Shown in pieces: positions 38,991 to 52,624 of a stretch of DNA of 60,000 bases (its first letter is position 1; each line of letters begins with the position of its first letter). The stretch covers positions 8,682,001 through 8,742,000 of the forward strand of contig NC_045697.1 in assembly GCF_009834535.1 (NCBI RefSeq), read 5' to 3'. The notes beneath the pieces were generated by a model. The model searched no databases. It saw only the letters and a program-made list of their open reading frames with translations, and was not told the DNA's origin. A program made the translations under genes and the position numbers. The DNA is from Camelus ferus. Taxonomy: Eukaryota.

Positions 38991-39744
38991 ACATGTATTG
39001 TTGATAGTAAACACATAGCAAGATTAAATCTAGAGTAATATAAGCCAAATTATTAATAGCCATTAATAGTAGCAAGATTATAGAGAACCATCACTTTCCA
39101 TGTTATATATTTGTGTATTTTATGAATTTTTTGTAGTGAGCATGAATTTGTTATAATCAGAAAAAAACATCAATAACAACAAAAGACTGAACAGTCACCC
39201 ACAGTCTTTTTCACAGTGGGCAGATGAGAACCTTGCTGTGTGATAAGAAGATTTCAATAACATAGAAAACATGTTAGTTTCATAATCATCTAAGAGCCTT
39301 TGTTGAAAAGAAAAACAAAAATCTTGTTTGTAACAGAACCCCAGGCTGGTGTGTGAGCTGCAATTTCCCAGCTGTCCACAGTTCTGCCTCATTGCTTAGG
39401 GATGTGCTTCATTGATTCCTAAAGCATAGCTCCAGACAAAACCAAAAATTTGTAAAGCAGGAGAGTTCTCATATCACCTCTACAGCTGTGAAAACCAGAC
39501 CTATCACAACTTACCAGTGAGTCTGGCATGGTTAAATAAGGTAATATGTATGGAAGTGTTTTGAAAAACTAGAAATGATGGTATAAATGCAGAATATTAC
39601 TTGAAACTTAATGTGGGAGTTTGGGGGAATTGAATTTCCCTAACCATCAAGAACCAACATAGAGAACTCAGTGATTTTAAGGAAGCTCTGCATTTCCAGA
39701 TTACATGGACTGGCAGTGGTACAAATGTTCTCCAATATCCTTCA

Positions 39745-39748
<4 letters not shown>

Positions 39749-39808
<60 letters not shown>
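39749..39808 (+). repeat. (AT)30 perfect microsatellite
   Basis: Directly visible. Confidence 0.97.
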
Positions 39809-39810
<2 letters not shown>

Positions 39811-40484
39811 AATATGATACCCTTTACTTTGATCCCTTCTGAGCCCTTGTTTTGCACAGCTCTCCTCTGTAGCATCACTGCTTTACTTGTGATGGCCTTT
39901 AGCTGGGTCAGCTGGGTTTCCTGTTTATCTATGTTTTTTTAAACTAAGTTTAAGGCTTTCAGATAAGTAAGATGGTATTATAAAGTATTATCTTAACCTT
40001 AGGATGGCATTCCCCAAAAGTAAGTTCTCTGGGACACTTTTGCCATGAATTGCTATTCAAATAAAGTTTAGAAACAGCTATAGCTACCCCACTTTTGGAA
40101 AGTGACAATGTACTTGAGAAATATTGCAATAAATAATCTCTTGGGACTTTTTTAACCCCAAATTTCCCAAACTTATTTGACCCAAGTAATATTTTACTGA
40201 CAGCATTTAGGACCAATGTTGTATAGAACATGATTTCAGAAACTCTACTTTAAAACTAAAAATATCTGAGAGAGAAGGAAATCTTAAAAATAGTTAAGAA
40301 GCTGATTTTCAGTATTTAAATCTGCATTATAGAAAGTTCATCTGCAAAAGATCTCAATTTCTCTCTATATATGTGGAGAGTTCAGACTATATACAAATGT
40401 TTTGATTCAGAATGTAAAGTTTTCTCAGTGCCTTTGTCAATATTACTAAAGTAAATTTGTATCATAAGAACCTTAACAGCTACT

Positions 40485-40700
40485 CAAGCATAGTGTTGAA
40501 AGCAATAGCCTAGATTCAAATAGATCTGATTTTTAGTTGTAGTCATATTTATGACCTTGAACAGTAATTTAATTTCTATGAGTTTCAGTTTCCTCATCTA
40601 TAAAGTACAGATTATAGTAATATACTTTCTTCATAGGGTTATTATGAAGCTTATCAATAATATATATCTGCACAATGCTCAGTACAACACTAAATCTATG
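40485..40700 (+). mobile_element. MIR SINE
   Basis: TGACCTTGAAC...TTTCAGTTTCCTCATCTATAAA...CATAGGGTT. Confidence 0.75.
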
Positions 40701-41009
40701 TTAGAGCCTGTTATTAAACTGTCTCATTTTTATATCAAACAAGCACATTAAATCAATTTTGCCTATAAAGCAGTCACCACAGCAAGCTATGCAGTTAAGC
40801 CAGTGATGTTAATATTTTTCAGATATCTTTTTTGGAAAGTGAATAAACAAAGACAGTAAGGATTCTGACTAAATATAGTAAAATTAAAGTTTGGTGTGAT
40901 ACGTGAGAAACATGTTCCTAAAAAAAAAAAAAAAAAACTGAATTCAATAAAAAAAAAAATCTTGATATAGGCCCAGTATGTGCAAAGCCATGGGTTAGTA
41001 CCACATACT

Positions 41010-41204
41010 ATACTATGGTTAATTTTGAAAAACTGAGGTTTCCTGGAGAAGAAGAGATTCTAGCCTAAGATTGCAATATAGAAATCCTGCCCGAGTTTCC
41101 AGCCTGCTCATCTACCTTAAAAATTTCAGACGTGCCAGTCTCCCACAATCATGTTAACCAGTTCTCTAAAGTCAATCTCTATCAGTCTCTCTCTCTTCAC
41201 TCAT

Positions 41205-41252
<48 letters not shown>

Positions 41253-41290
41253 TAATGATTGTGTTTCTCTGCAGAACCCTGACTAATACT
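41010..41290 (+). mobile_element. ERVL LTR (MLT2-like) containing a (CA)n microsatellite at about 41207-41250
   Basis: GAGTTTCCAGCCTGC...CCCACAATCATG...TTTCTCTGCAGAACCCTGACTAATAC terminus. Confidence 0.78.
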
Positions 41291-42234
41291 TGTCGTGAGG
41301 GATACGAAGTAGAATTATGTCTCCATTGGATTAGTATTTAGTTACCTTTGCACACAAAGGAATTCTCTTTTATTGAGTGTCCGTTATGAACCAGACACTG
41401 TATGAGGAACTTGAATGTATATGATCTAATTTCATCCTAATTATCTGACAAATTAAAAAATAGTAGATTTTTTCTTTTTTTCTGATTTTAAATAATTATA
41501 AATTACAATTTATAAATTGCTTTACAGAATATAAGACCCTGAAAAAGGAGGTAGAAATATAGGAGAGAAAAAAAAAACAGGAAGTAAGGAAATGTGGAAA
41601 TGAAAAAAATAAGGAGGGAAAAAAAATACTCTGAAAATCTGTTGCCATTTACTCAAGAAACATTTTGAGTTATCTTGGGCTGAGCCTAAGTGGCTTTTTC
41701 CAAAGAAAGTTTAATTTTGATACAGTGGAATAAAGCACATCTTTCCCTAATTACTCAACACTCCACTACCCCATGGCATAAAGATAAAAATTATCTAAGA
41801 ATATATACTGGGAAAAGTATGGACTAAAATGAGAGTCATAAAGCATGAGTCATAAAACATCTAATTTCAGCTCTACTTAGTACTAGCTTGGAGGCCTTGG
41901 GTAAATCTCTTAGCCTCAGTTTTGTTACCCATAAAATGGAAATAAGAGTAACCACCTCACAAGAGTACTATGAAAAGCAAATTAAATGCCAGTGTTTTAA
42001 AGAATTCTGTAGCCTCTACAAGGAGGTACAAATACTTGTTTTTATTAATTAGAGCATCAATGTTCACTTGTTATACAGTCGACTTAATACAGCAGAGAGA
42101 GACTTGAAGAGGCTAAATTTCTGCTTCTAGCAGTTTTGCAAGCTGTGTAAAGTCCTCCCAACACCAAACTAAAGACTTCCAAAAAATTACACTATTTTTA
42201 AATGGAACTTTAAGAAATGAACATTACAATCATC

Positions 42235-42580
42235 AGAATTAAAATCTTAGTGAGTAGACTAGATAGTACATTTGAAACAGTTCAGTAACTGGAAGATTGA
42301 TATAATGAAATTACCCAAATTGTAACACAAATATATCAAGAGTTTTTTTTTAAATGAAAGAGAAATTAAGAAACATGGAAAATAAGAAGTTGTAACAATG
42401 AGAATTGGAGAAAGAGGAGAGAGAAGATTTGGAAGAAGCAATATTCTACAAAGTTGCATCTGAGGATTTTCCAAAACTAATGAAAGGCATTAATTACAGT
42501 GCAGACAGAGAAAACACAATATAATAAGTGGAATAATAGAAAGTGACACCTAGACTTATTGTGGTAATACTTCACAACCT
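42235..42580 (+). mobile_element. L1 ORF1 fragment
   Basis: A-rich decayed ORF1 (GAGGATTTTCCAAAACTAATGAAAG...ACACCTAGAC). Confidence 0.6.
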
Positions 42581-43844
42581 GCCTAAGACCCAAAAAATTT
42601 TTTTCAAATTATATCATATATGTATTAATCACAGACTCAAATTAGTTTATTTTCTTGTAATCAGGAAAGTACAAAATAATGTGTTACAATGATACATTTA
42701 AGTGCTACTTTTAAAGCATTTGGAGTTACTCTTGTGTTTTGCTTTTGTCTCTCTCTCTCGCTCTCTCTGTATCAGGCTAATTCATTACTTGCTGGAACTC
42801 GTACCGCAAAGCATTTTTGCCAACTATTTATGTTCTTGCCTTACTTGGGTAAAGTAAATCCCATACTTTCTCAGTGGGGTTAAGGTCAAGACTCGGAGGG
42901 GAGCCACTCCTTTCTAATTAGTTCCCCAGACTCCTCTTTTTTTCCCCTTTTTAAATGGCCACAACAGTTTAGAAAAATGTTTGGAGTCATAATCCTCCTG
43001 ATAAATGAATCCCTGATGAAGCAGCTGGTTTCCAGAAGGGACTCCTTGCTGTGCTGCAATTATGTTGAACCTAAACTCCAGTGGTTCAGGTCACAGCTGA
43101 AGTACTTGAGGGGACCATACCTGTCTCTGAGCTCTACTGTATAATGCTAAGCTAAGAGACTCCAGCTTCTCCTCCCCAAAACCCTCACTCTAAATTCAAT
43201 TTTCTTAGTCAATGAGAAAACTACTTGCTGATGGGAGTGTATGTGAAGGTCCTCTACTGGTGAACCAAAGTGGGGGAAGAGCCATTCTTACAAAGAATAA
43301 TGGCAATTTAATACCATACTAGACATCTTGAAAATAATTTTCTATTTATTAAATGCACTTAAAGTCTGAGCTACTGAATAGGCATGTATTAACACTGACA
43401 CCATATTATCCGTCTGAGAGTTTGCAGATTTAAGTCATCCTAAAGGGAAATATTTATAAAAACAAACTTATAGCTCAGACTAAGAAAATAATGTACAGGA
43501 AATTACAAAAGGCTACATCTTAAATGTTGTAAACAATGGCACTTTAAAACACACACATACGAATGCACACACAATTTTTCACTTGAGCACACACTGAATG
43601 TATAGATTCTAGCTATGTTTCCTTAATTCTAATAGATTTATTTTCCCTCTCTGATTCTTCTAGGATAATAAAAATGTTGTCCTCATGTTCCATGTAAAAT
43701 GCAGTTCTTTGCCATTTGATACTATCAATAATGTTATACCAAGTATAATGTGATGATAATGTGTTGTTGCCAAGCGACAATGTTAACTTCCCTGCTGGAA
43801 ATGCCTCTAAAAAGAAACATAACTTGCAACATGACCGCTATGAT

Positions 43845-44965
43845 GCCAAAATATTGCTATGACTTATGTTAATGTTTTGCCTATGTTCTCTTTTAGGAGT
43901 TCTGTGGTTTCAGGTCTTACATTTAGGTCTTTAATCCATTTTGAGTTTATTTTTGTGTATGGTGTGAGGGAATGTTCTAACTTCAGTGATTTACATGCTG
44001 CTGTCCAGTTTTCCCAGCACCACTTACTGAAGAGATTGTCTTTTCTCCACTGTACATTCATGCCTCATTTGTCATAGATTAATTGACCATACCTGTGTTC
44101 AGTTTTTCTGGGCTTTTTATTCTGTTCCACTAAGTTATGTATCTTTTTTGTGCCAGTACCATGCTGTTTTGATTCCTGTAGCTTTGTAGTAGAGTTTGAA
44201 GCCTGGGAGCATGACAGCTCCAGCTTTGTTCTTTTTTCTCAAGATTGCCTTGCAACTGAGGTTTTCTGTGGTTCCATATGAACCTTAGGATTATTCTAAT
44301 TCTATCAAAAATTTTATGGGTATTTTGATAGGGATTGCTTTAAACCTATAGATTGCTTTGGGTAGCATGGCCATTTTAACAATATTAATTCTTCCAATCC
44401 AAGAGCATGAGGTATCTTTCCATTTGTTCATTTCAACTTCCTTCATCAGTATTTTATAGTTTTCAGAGCATAGGTCTTCCACTTCCTTGATTAAGTTTAT
44501 TCTTAGGTATTTTATTCTTTTTGCTGTGATTTTAAATGGATTGTTTTAACTTTCTCTTTCTGGTAATTCATCATTAGTGTATAGAAAAGCAACAGATTTG
44601 TGTTTATTAACCTTGTATCCTGCAACTTTGCTGAATTCATTCATTAATTCTAATAGTTTTGGCTGGAGAATTTAGGGTTTCCTATATAAAGTATCATGTC
44701 ATCTACAAATAGTGACAATTTGATTTCTTTTGCAATTTGTATGCCTTTTATTTATTTTTCTTGTCTGATTGCTGTGACTAGGACTTCCAATACTATGCTA
44801 AATAGAAGTGGTGAGACTAGGCATCCTTGTCTTTTTCTTGAATTTAGAGAAAGGGCTTTCAGCTTTTCATCATTGAGTGTGACATTGACTGCATGTTTAT
44901 CATAAATGGCCTTTATTCTGTCAAGATGTGTTCCCTCTATGCCCACATTGATGAGAATTTTTAAC
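43845..44965 (-). mobile_element. L1 ORF2 fragment (comparatively young)
   Basis: Minus ORFs give L1 ORF2 peptides ([50 protein letters not shown]). Confidence 0.93.
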
Positions 44966-44969
44966 CTGT

Positions 44970-47720
44970 TTATATCTTTATTAATATTAAAAAGGAAAAG
45001 ACAAAACTTTCTCTGTAGATGATATGATCAACTACATATAAAAGCCAAGGAAATCTTTTAATCAACTAATCATAGTAATAAAAGGAGTTCATTAAGGTTG
45101 CTGGATACAAAATTAACATACAAAAAGTAATGATATTTCTAAACACAACCTAAATCGACTAGAAAGTATAAAGAAAAAAAAGACACCATTCACAAACACG
45201 CACAAAAACTCTATGGTAATGAGACACAAAAGATGTTCAATAACTTTGTCAAGAAAATTATAACACATCAATTGAAGAAATAAATGAAAATATAAACTAT
45301 ATTTATAGATGAAAGACAGTATTTTTTTAAAAAGTTAATACTATAAAATAGCCCCAAATCTATGTAAATACTAACCAATTTCAATGAATTTTGGAATAGG
45401 CTTTAATGTGGTCTTTGACAAGACAATCCTAAATTTCTAAGTTATCTTGAAAAAGAGGAACAAGGCATGCAGACATTGTATAGGTAAGGACACCACTGGC
45501 ATAGAACAAAGAGCCCAGAAATAGACTCATCCATACATGGAAACATGGTATTTCAATCTTTTTTTTTGTTTCGGTTGAGGGAGGTAATTCAGTTATTTGT
45601 TCTTAGAGGGGGTACTGGGGATTGAACCCAGGACCTCATGCATGCTAAGCATGCACTCAACCACCATGAGCTATACCCTCCCCCTAAACATGGTATTTCA
45701 AATCAGCAAGGAGAGGATGAACTATTTAGTAAATGGTGCTTGGACTACTGGATATTCATTTGGAAAAAGAAAAACAAATTTTCCATTTTACACTATAAAT
45801 AAAAATAATATAGTTATGAAAATCAAAACTTTTAATATTTTAGATAAAAATATAGAACATATGGCTTGAAGTATCAAAGGAGCTCTTAAGGGATAAAAAC
45901 AAAACTACCAAAAAATTTTAGTGCTCACCCTAAGATTAAAAAAAAACACTTTAATTCAATTAAAAAAAACCCACTGTAAACCAAGTTAAAAGGCAAGCTC
46001 TGAGGGAAAATGTATACCATTCATATAACTAATAAAATTCAAACTATGAATTTAGCTTAAAATGACTCTCCAATCTTGGTGCTCCTAAGCACATGGAAGA
46101 AACAAAAACAAGTCATCCCTGGAGAAAACACCCTTGCCCTTTATTACAAAATATCCCCAGAATTAATTTTCCATGAAAAGTGGGCTGTTCAGAAAGGTAA
46201 ATTGGAACACAAGGAAGTAATGCACTGAAAATGACAGTCAATCATGTAAAATAACAGACAGCATAAATGGACCTAAGATGACTAATATAGTGGAATTATT
46301 AATATAGATTATGAAGTAAATATGTTTTCTATATTTAAAGAAATAAAAGGCAAGTCTGAAAACTTTAATATTTTTGCAGGGAAGAGAAATTTATTAAAAA
46401 TAACATAGCAGACAGAAAAAAAATCAAGTAATGTTTCTTAACATGAAAATTAAAAGAATTGAGAAAAGGATTTGTGAATTAGAAGATAGTCCAGGTGACA
46501 GTATTCAGAATGCAGCACAGCAAGAAAAAAGATGAAAAATATGAAATAAACATGGAGAAACATATAGGATAAAGTGAAAAGGTTTATCAGATATCTAATC
46601 TGAGCTCCAAAACACAAAGGAAAAAACAGGACAGGTGCAATATTTTTAGTGATAAGAGGTGGGAGTTTTCCAAAAACTTACGAAGGACATTCATCCACTG
46701 ATTCAAGAATTGCAACAAATCTCAAAAAAAAAAAAAAAATTCATAAAAATAAATCCACATTCAGATACACCCTGCGAAAATGCAGAAGTTCAAAACCAGA
46801 GTGTCTTAAAATTAAGTTATCATGAAAAGAGGGGGCATATAGACCCTTGACTTCTCAACAGCCATAGTAGAAGTCAAAAGACTTGTTAATGGGTTCTTCA
46901 TTGTTCTACAAGAAAGTAACTACAGAAACCATGCTAGATTTCTATATACAGAAAAAAATATTCTACAAGGAAGGAGATAAATTATTCAAGCTAACAAAAA
47001 ATGATTCACCACCATTAGGCCCACTCTAAAGAAAATTTTAAAGGATACACTTTAGGCAGGAAAAATTATTCCATATAGACTAATATATAAGAAGAGCAAA
47101 GATAGTGATAAATATGTAGTAAAACAAAGAAACATTGACTGTATAAGATAATTAATAATAATAATATCCTATAGTGTTTAAAAGGGTAAAACTAAAATAC
47201 ATCACAATAATAGCAAGTAAGTCAAGCAAAGAAAGGCATAAATGGAGCAAAATGGTCTAAAGTCATGATGAAGTAGTGCTTACCTGAGGAATGTAAGGTA
47301 GGTTTGACACTGTAAAATTCAGCGATGTAATATAGTACATTTGAAGATTAAGGATAAAATTTATGACCATCTCAGTAGACAGAAAAAGATTATAATTCAA
47401 TAGACTCCAACATCTTTCCATGATTTTTTAAAAAATCATTTTAACCAGAAATAGAAAGGAACTCCCTTCCTTTGCTAAAGAAATTTACAAAAAGCCACAG
47501 CAAATATTACACTTTGTGTTGAAATATTGAGAGTTTCCATTTGACTTCAGGAAGAGGATTCCTACTATCACTGATATTACTTACTGACGTACTGACAATC
47601 CTAGCTAGCATCAGAGCTTATGAAAAATGAAGTAATTATAACAATCAGAGACGAAACAATGCTGTCATTATCTGACACTGATATCATCATGCAATTGAAA
47701 ATCCAGAAGAATCACAGATA
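44970..47720 (+). mobile_element. Old L1M fragments (ORF2 and ORF1 pieces), interrupted by the SINE
   Basis: Decayed L1 motifs (AAGGTTGCTGGATACAAAATTAACATACAAAA; GAATTAGAAGATAG; ATGACCATCTCAGTAGAC). Confidence 0.7.
45557..45685 (-). mobile_element. tRNA-Ala-derived camelid SINE (Vic-1-like)
   Basis: Reverse GGGGGAGGGTATAGCTCA...GCTTAGCATGC...GGGTTCAATCCCCAGTACC plus A-tail. 16-bp TSD AAACATGGTATTTCAA at 45541 and 45686. Confidence 0.9.
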
Positions 47721-47729
47721 AGTTGTTAT

Positions 47730-48040
47730 CTCCCAGAAACCACCTGCATTCCTTCTTGTTCAGCTCCCTCCACTCTAAAGCCAGCAATTGAGACTCTCCC
47801 TTGCATTGAGTCCTGAATCCCTCTCATGCTTTGAAATTCTTGCTTTAGGAAGAGCCCTTTTAAGGATTCACCTGATTAGGTCTGGCCTACCCAGGATAAT
47901 CTCCTGTTCTTTAAGTCACTTGTGCCACGTATCCTACCCTAGTCCTAGGAGTGACTTTCCCATCATAGTCACATACTGGGTGTATCCATTAGGGAGTAGG
48001 GTTCCTGGAGGGCATCTCAGGATTCTGCCTAATATACCAC
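47730..48040 (-). mobile_element. MaLR LTR (MLT1-like)
   Basis: CTTTTAAGGATTCACCTGATTAGGTCTGGCCTACCCAGGATAATCTCC. Confidence 0.65.
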
Positions 48041-48489
48041 TAACTTTCCCCAATTATTTAGCACTAAGCTAGAGTATTGAGTTTCTACTTTTAAATAGAT
48101 CTGTTTGAGCTCATTTGATAGACTAGACCCTTTGCTAGGTGATGCACATTAATTTATGTAATTTCTTAACAACACTATCAAGTAGGTACTATTATAATCT
48201 CCATTTTGTAGATGAAAATACTGAATTTTAGATTCATGATGTAACTTTTCTAGGGTTACCCAGATTAAATAATGGGGCAGAGATTCAAACCAAGCCCAGT
48301 CCACCTTTGGAGTCCTTTTTAGCAGCTATGCTAAACTGTCTCCTTTTGCCAGTGTTCATATTTGTCATATATCATGAAAGCATTTCTCTTATCCATTAGC
48401 TGACTATGCAAACTGAAGTTATGAGTTTGTTCCATAAAAAACACGTATTTTTCTTTCTCTTTTTTTCCTTTGTCAAAAGTTCTCTTTCA

Positions 48490-48629
48490 AGAGGGGAGGG
48501 TATAGCTCAAGTGGTAGAGCGTATGCTTAGCATGCACAAGGTCCTGGGTTCAATCCCCAGTACCTCCTCTAAAAATAAATAAGCCTAATTACCTACCCCT
48601 TCCAAAAAACAAAAAAGAAAAAAGAAAGA
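48490..48629 (+). mobile_element. tRNA-Ala-derived camelid SINE (Vic-1-like)
   Basis: A box TAGCTCAAGTGG, anticodon loop TTAGCAT, B box GGTTCAATCCC, A-rich tail. 15-bp TSD AAAAGTTCTCTTTCA at 48475 and 48630. Confidence 0.92.
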
Positions 48630-48899
48630 AAAAGTTCTCTTTCACAAACTTATCCTTGAGTTTGTGGATTTCCCTGCACATCTTTCCTGCTGGCTATTAC
48701 ATTTGAGTAACTGTACCTTTCCAACACAGCATTCCAACTGCAGTGACAGAATGCGGTCACTTTTGATAGCAAATTTGTGTTGTTTGTATTCCTATATAAA
48801 AAATCTCAAGATATAGAACACAAAAATTTTAATTTTTTGTTTAATTTCTAGTGCCCTCACTAAATTCATTTTATAACCCACTAATGAGTTATGACCCAC

Positions 48900-49510
48900 T
48901 ATTCCAATTACTGTCACAGCATAACAAATCACCACAAACTAGTGGTGTAAAACCACCACCATTTTATTATGCTTGGGGATTCTGTTGGTCAGGAATTTGG
49001 GCAGAGCACAGCAGGGGTGGCTTGTCTGTGTTTTGCAATGTCTGGGGCTACAGCTGGGAAGACTCAAATGACTGGGAATGACACAAATGCCTTGGGTCTG
49101 GAGTAATCTGGAGCATTCTTCGCTCAGTGTCTGCATCCCGTGCTAGGATAGCTTGAAGACTTGGCTTAGCTGACACTGAATGGGAGTATCTCCATGTGGC
49201 CTCTCAGTGTGTCTTGGGCTTCCCGCAGGATAGTGGCTGTGTTCCCAGGGAAGCGTCCTGAGACGGTGTGACCAGAAAGCATGTATTCACAAGACCTGGG
49301 CAGAAGCCGAAAGCTTTTTCTGACAGAGCTTTGGAAGTCATGTACGATGACATTTCTGCTGCATTCTGTTGGTTATGGCAAGTCACTAAGGCAGGCCTAG
49401 ATTCCAAGGGAGGGGAATTATACTCCATCTATCAGAGGGAGAGCGGTGGGGAACACTGCAGAAGTACCTCTGATGGGAGACAGTGTTGCAGCCCTCTTTT
49501 TGAAAATATG
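48900..49510 (-). mobile_element. MaLR LTR (MLT1G/H-like)
   Basis: GCATAACAAATCACCACAAACTAGTGG...GGATTCTGTTGGTCAGGAATTTGGGCAG. Confidence 0.72.
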
Positions 49511-49569
49511 ATCTGTTCCAGTTTGAAAGGCATTTGTCTACTAAGTAAACTATATTTATATGCAGTCTC

Positions 49570-49980
49570 TTTGGGGTTGAAGTCCTAGCCCTCAGCACCT
49601 GTGTATGTGATCTTATTTGTAAGACTGCAGATGTAATCACGTTAAGATGAGGTCATTGTCATGAGCTTTCAATCTAGTAAAACTGGTGTCCTTATAAGAA
49701 TAGTTAAAAATACAGAGTGGGGAACAGCATGTGAAGATATAGAGACATATAGAGAGAATATGGAGGCTGAGATCAGAGCAATGCTGTCACAAGCCAAGGA
49801 ATGCCTAGAGCCACTGGGGCTGGAAGAGGCAAGGAAAGATTCTCCTTTAGAGCCTTTAGAGAGAGCATGGCCCTGGGGCCACATTGATTCTGGACTTCTC
49901 ACCTTCAGAACTATGAGAGAATAAACTTCTGTTGCCTTAAGCCAATGTTTTGTTACTGCAGCCCTGGGAAGCTAATACAC
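49570..49980 (+). mobile_element. MaLR LTR (MLT1B/C-like)
   Basis: GCAGATGTAAT...TTAAGATGAGGTCAT...GAGAGAATAAACTTCTGTTG...GGAAGCTAATACA. Confidence 0.82.
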
Positions 49981-50439
49981 AATCCCTCCGTTTTTTTACA
50001 CAAATATTACATACACCATACTACATTTTGCTTTTTTTGTTTGTAAGTGTTCATATTTAATCATATTTAAATGTAAAATTTGCTCTACTTCTTCCTAACA
50101 TTTTCTTCATCTGAAGACATAAAGATTGTTGTCAATTCACTTCCTGAACACTTTTACCTGATAAACACTGGATTTTTCTTTCCATTTCCAATTCTTTTCT
50201 CTGTTGATCTCTATGGGATTTTGTTAAGTGGTTTTCCCCTGGCATTTTTGTTCTTCCCACTCTAATCATGATTTAGTCATATTTATATGTCTGCAAGTAA
50301 CAAAATCAAGCTATGTTCTTGAGAAACCTTCATTATTCACCCTACTTTATATCACTTCAACTAACACAATTCTATGCATTCTCTTCTCTAAAGGGCTATT
50401 GTTCACAACCCAACTTCTGATACCAACATTCTTAGTTAA

Positions 50440-51095
50440 AACTCTTTTAATTAAGATATAACTGACATATAACATCATATTAGTTTCAGGTGTACAACAT
50501 AGTAATTCAATATTGTATATATTGTGAAATGATCACCAAGGTGAGTCTAGTTTACATCCATCACCACTAAGAGTTACACATTTTTTTCTTAGCAACTTTC
50601 AAATATACAATACAGTATTATTAACTATAGTCACCATGCTGTGTAATACACCTCTAGGATTTATTTATTTTTATAACTGGAAGTTTGTATCTTTTGACCC
50701 CCTTCACTCATTTCACCCAGCCGCCCACCAGCTTTGGCAACCGCCAGTCTGTATCTATGAGTTCTGTTCTTTTTTATTTCTTTTTTCAGATTCCACATAT
50801 AAGTGAGGTCATACAGTATTTGTCTCACTCTATCTGACTTATTTCACTTGGCATAATGCCTCCAAGGTCCATCCATGTTGTCATAAGTGGCAAGATTTCC
50901 TTCTTTTTTGTGACTGAATAATACTCCATATGTATGTATATATATCACATCTTTTTTATCCATTCATCCTTTATTAGACATTTAGATTGTTTCCATGTCT
51001 TGGCTATTATAAATAACGCTGCAGTAAATATGGGGGTGCATATATCTATTCAAGTTGGTGTTTTTGTTTTCTTTGGACAAATCCCCAGAAGTAGA
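50440..51095 (-). mobile_element. L1 3' end (L1MA-like)
   Basis: TTTCAGGTGTACAACATAGT...GATTCCACATATAAGTGAG...GACTTATTTCACTTGGCATAATG. Confidence 0.88.
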
Positions 51096-52174
51096 AAATG
51101 CTTTGGATTAAAGTAGTAGTCTGTAACTTGAACTAAACAGTAATTCGTTACTGGGACAAAGGAGTGTCCTATAGAACCAATGGGTAAGAATGGAAATAAA
51201 CTTAACAGGGAGACCTTAAGCAAGACCTAGAAATCCATAAGAAAGAGACTGTCTATTTCTTGTATTTATTTCTCTCTCTGCATATAATTTATTCCAGTCT
51301 ATCTAGCCTGGAATTTTCAGCTTCCTTGCCCCATCCTGGAAGATAGCCATGCCTCAGCCCTCAGGCTTACGTGACTGTAATTCTAATTGCATATAGAGAT
51401 GAGTTCTCTGTCCCTGAATCCCAATTCCAAATTACTGGAGAGAATCAGACTGGTTCAGGAGTCCATTCCAGGTCTAATCACCTGGAGCTGGGGGCAGGGT
51501 CACAGACAGTGTCCTTGGTAGGGGAGGACAGTCATCTGAGAAAGGGTGAGGGGGAGATGGCTTAAATTGCATAGTTCATGGGGAACAACTTGACAGATCT
51601 CCCTTTAGACTTTCTCGTCCTTCAAAAGTTATGCTTCAGGCTCCTTTCTACCCAGATCTCTCCTTTCGTCTCTTTCTTCTAGGCAGCACCCAGCTACGCT
51701 GGCTTCTTTTCCCTTCTTCCCGATTCCCCTTAGAACTTTAGATTTCTCCTGCTTTATCCCCTGTGTGCCAGCCTACGCCTGCATATTGGGGTTGAGTGTG
51801 CTTGTGTCACCAGGGGTGGTGGAATGGGGAAATGAGAGCATCGCACTAACCCTAAAAGTTAGTCCTATACCTAAAAAGAACTACGGAGAACAAAATTTCT
51901 CCATCCTAATTCATCTATTTCTTGATTGATGTTTATCCTCTCTCTTCTCAAAAACGATGTGAAGCAGCTCCCCTCATCTCTACATCTTCCCTTTCACTCC
52001 CTCTTCCCTTCCTGCAGCTCTTCATCTGGCACAGATTATGTACAATGCTTGGACTTAGTCCTTGAGCGTACAGGAATTAGTGATCCTGTAGACACTCCCC
52101 AGTCCTGAGACATTTCTTGTTCTGCCTTTGAACTTCCAAGTTCACATTTGGGGAAGATATATTTGAAGCCATAC

Positions 52175-52615
52175 GGTGTCTTGAATTGGCTTCCCTGGAA
52201 ACAGATTTTGAACCAGAGAACTGCATGCAGATGGTTTATTGGTGAGTGCTCCGGTGGGATACTTCTGTACTAAAGTCTGGATTGGGCAAAAAAGAAGCTG
52301 ACCCTGAATGCAGTTGCAACTGAGGCTTCAGCCCACCCTACAAAGTGCTCTGGAGCTGGGGTGGCTCTTCAGAGTTGTCTCAGATGGAAACAAGGGGGCC
52401 AAGTCTTTGTATTTCTGAATCAGCCAATCATTAACCATGAGACACTCTCTGGGAGTAGGTGGTGCGTAACCTTCCCAAAGCAGTTTCTGGCAGCCAAGGG
52501 CAATTCTTTGTGATGGATGCAGCGGTGAGCTGTCAGAGCTGATGCCCAGCCTCCGAGGGCGAGAGCATTTACCATGAAAAGAGAATCTGGGCAGAGCACC
52601 AGAACAGCCGCTATA
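52175..52615. mobile_element. ERVL-class solo LTR (LTR16/LTR33-like)
   Basis: TGCATGCAGATGGTTTATTGGTGAGTGCTC motif and GC-richer LTR-like body; subfamily uncertain. Confidence 0.5.
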
Positions 52616-52624
52616 CACAGTATC

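Noticed and set aside
39597..39878. ORF with IYIYIY repeat
   Set aside because: Translation of the (AT)30 microsatellite.
43859..44946. Reverse-transcriptase-like ORFs as an active element
   Set aside because: Fragmented, truncated L1 ORF2 with stops and frameshifts.
48494..48567. tRNA-Ala(AGC) gene
   Set aside because: Has a SINE body, A-tail and TSD, and a second diverged copy lies nearby, so it is a SINE head rather than a tRNA gene.
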